Shown here piece by piece: positions 63,691 to 64,000 of a DNA stretch of 64,000 bases. The number at the start of each line of letters is the position of its first letter. The stretch's first letter is position 1. Source of the stretch: the human T2T-CHM13v2.0 reference genome, Homo sapiens; assembly GCF_009914755.1 (NCBI RefSeq), contig NC_060932.1; one strand, 5' to 3'. The notes under the pieces are model-generated. The model was not told the DNA's origin, did no database searches, and saw nothing but the letters and a program-made list of their open reading frames with translations. The position numbers and the translations under genes were made by a program.

Positions 63691-63779
63691 AGGTCATGAT
63701 GATTAGGGTCAAAATTCACCGATATGAAGGACAGCCCCAATTTCTTGACTCAGAGAAATAAAGCAAGAGAAAACACATG

Positions 63780-63803
63780 GAGGAGGAGGAGGAGGAGGAG
63801 GAG
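63780..63803 (+). repeat. (GAG)8 trinucleotide repeat
   Basis: Read directly. Confidence 0.9.
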
Positions 63804-64000
63804 AAGAACCTGGAGCTCCCGCCTGCCCCTGGGTGAGTCCTGGAGGTGGAAGGAGAGGTACTTGATCCTGAGTTGGCCCCTGCTCCACCTGAAACAGAAC
63901 CCTGGAGTGCCACTCCCTGAATGCGGCCCAGCTCTACCCAGGTTAGACACTCCCTTGCCCTAGAGCCTGGGTCCTCCCTGGCCCCCGCTACCACTGCTTC

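Overview
Primate (very likely human, 8p23.1-type) genomic DNA. Positions 1-61197 are a head-to-tail macrosatellite of 8 units of about 7.65 kb (starts 1, 7647, 15293, 22939, 30589, 38235, 45880, 53526). Each unit holds a TATA promoter preceded by a homeodomain/DUX4-type site cluster, an intact four-coding-exon FAM90A gene (464 aa), a polyA signal, an antisense solo HERV-K LTR (LTR5A-like, 6-bp TSD) and a spacer with a 90-aa antisense ORF. Units 1-7 are nearly identical and show a two-unit higher-order pattern. Unit 8 is diverged and is the only copy with a canonical GT donor at the last intron (the others have GC). The array ends at about 61197 in a short homeologous patch that appears to record the founding duplication. 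The unique flank holds a disabled PRR23D-family pseudogene, a MER4-group LTR fragment and a possibly decayed Glu/Pro-rich coding stretch. The FAM90A array itself is a known locus type. The most interesting hypothesis is an amplified, DUX4/PRD-homeobox-triggered cassette encoding a protein with a TAF1-like zinc knuckle and a TAF1/EAF/AFF-like acidic tail. Protein-family comparisons were made from memory and all alignments by eye.
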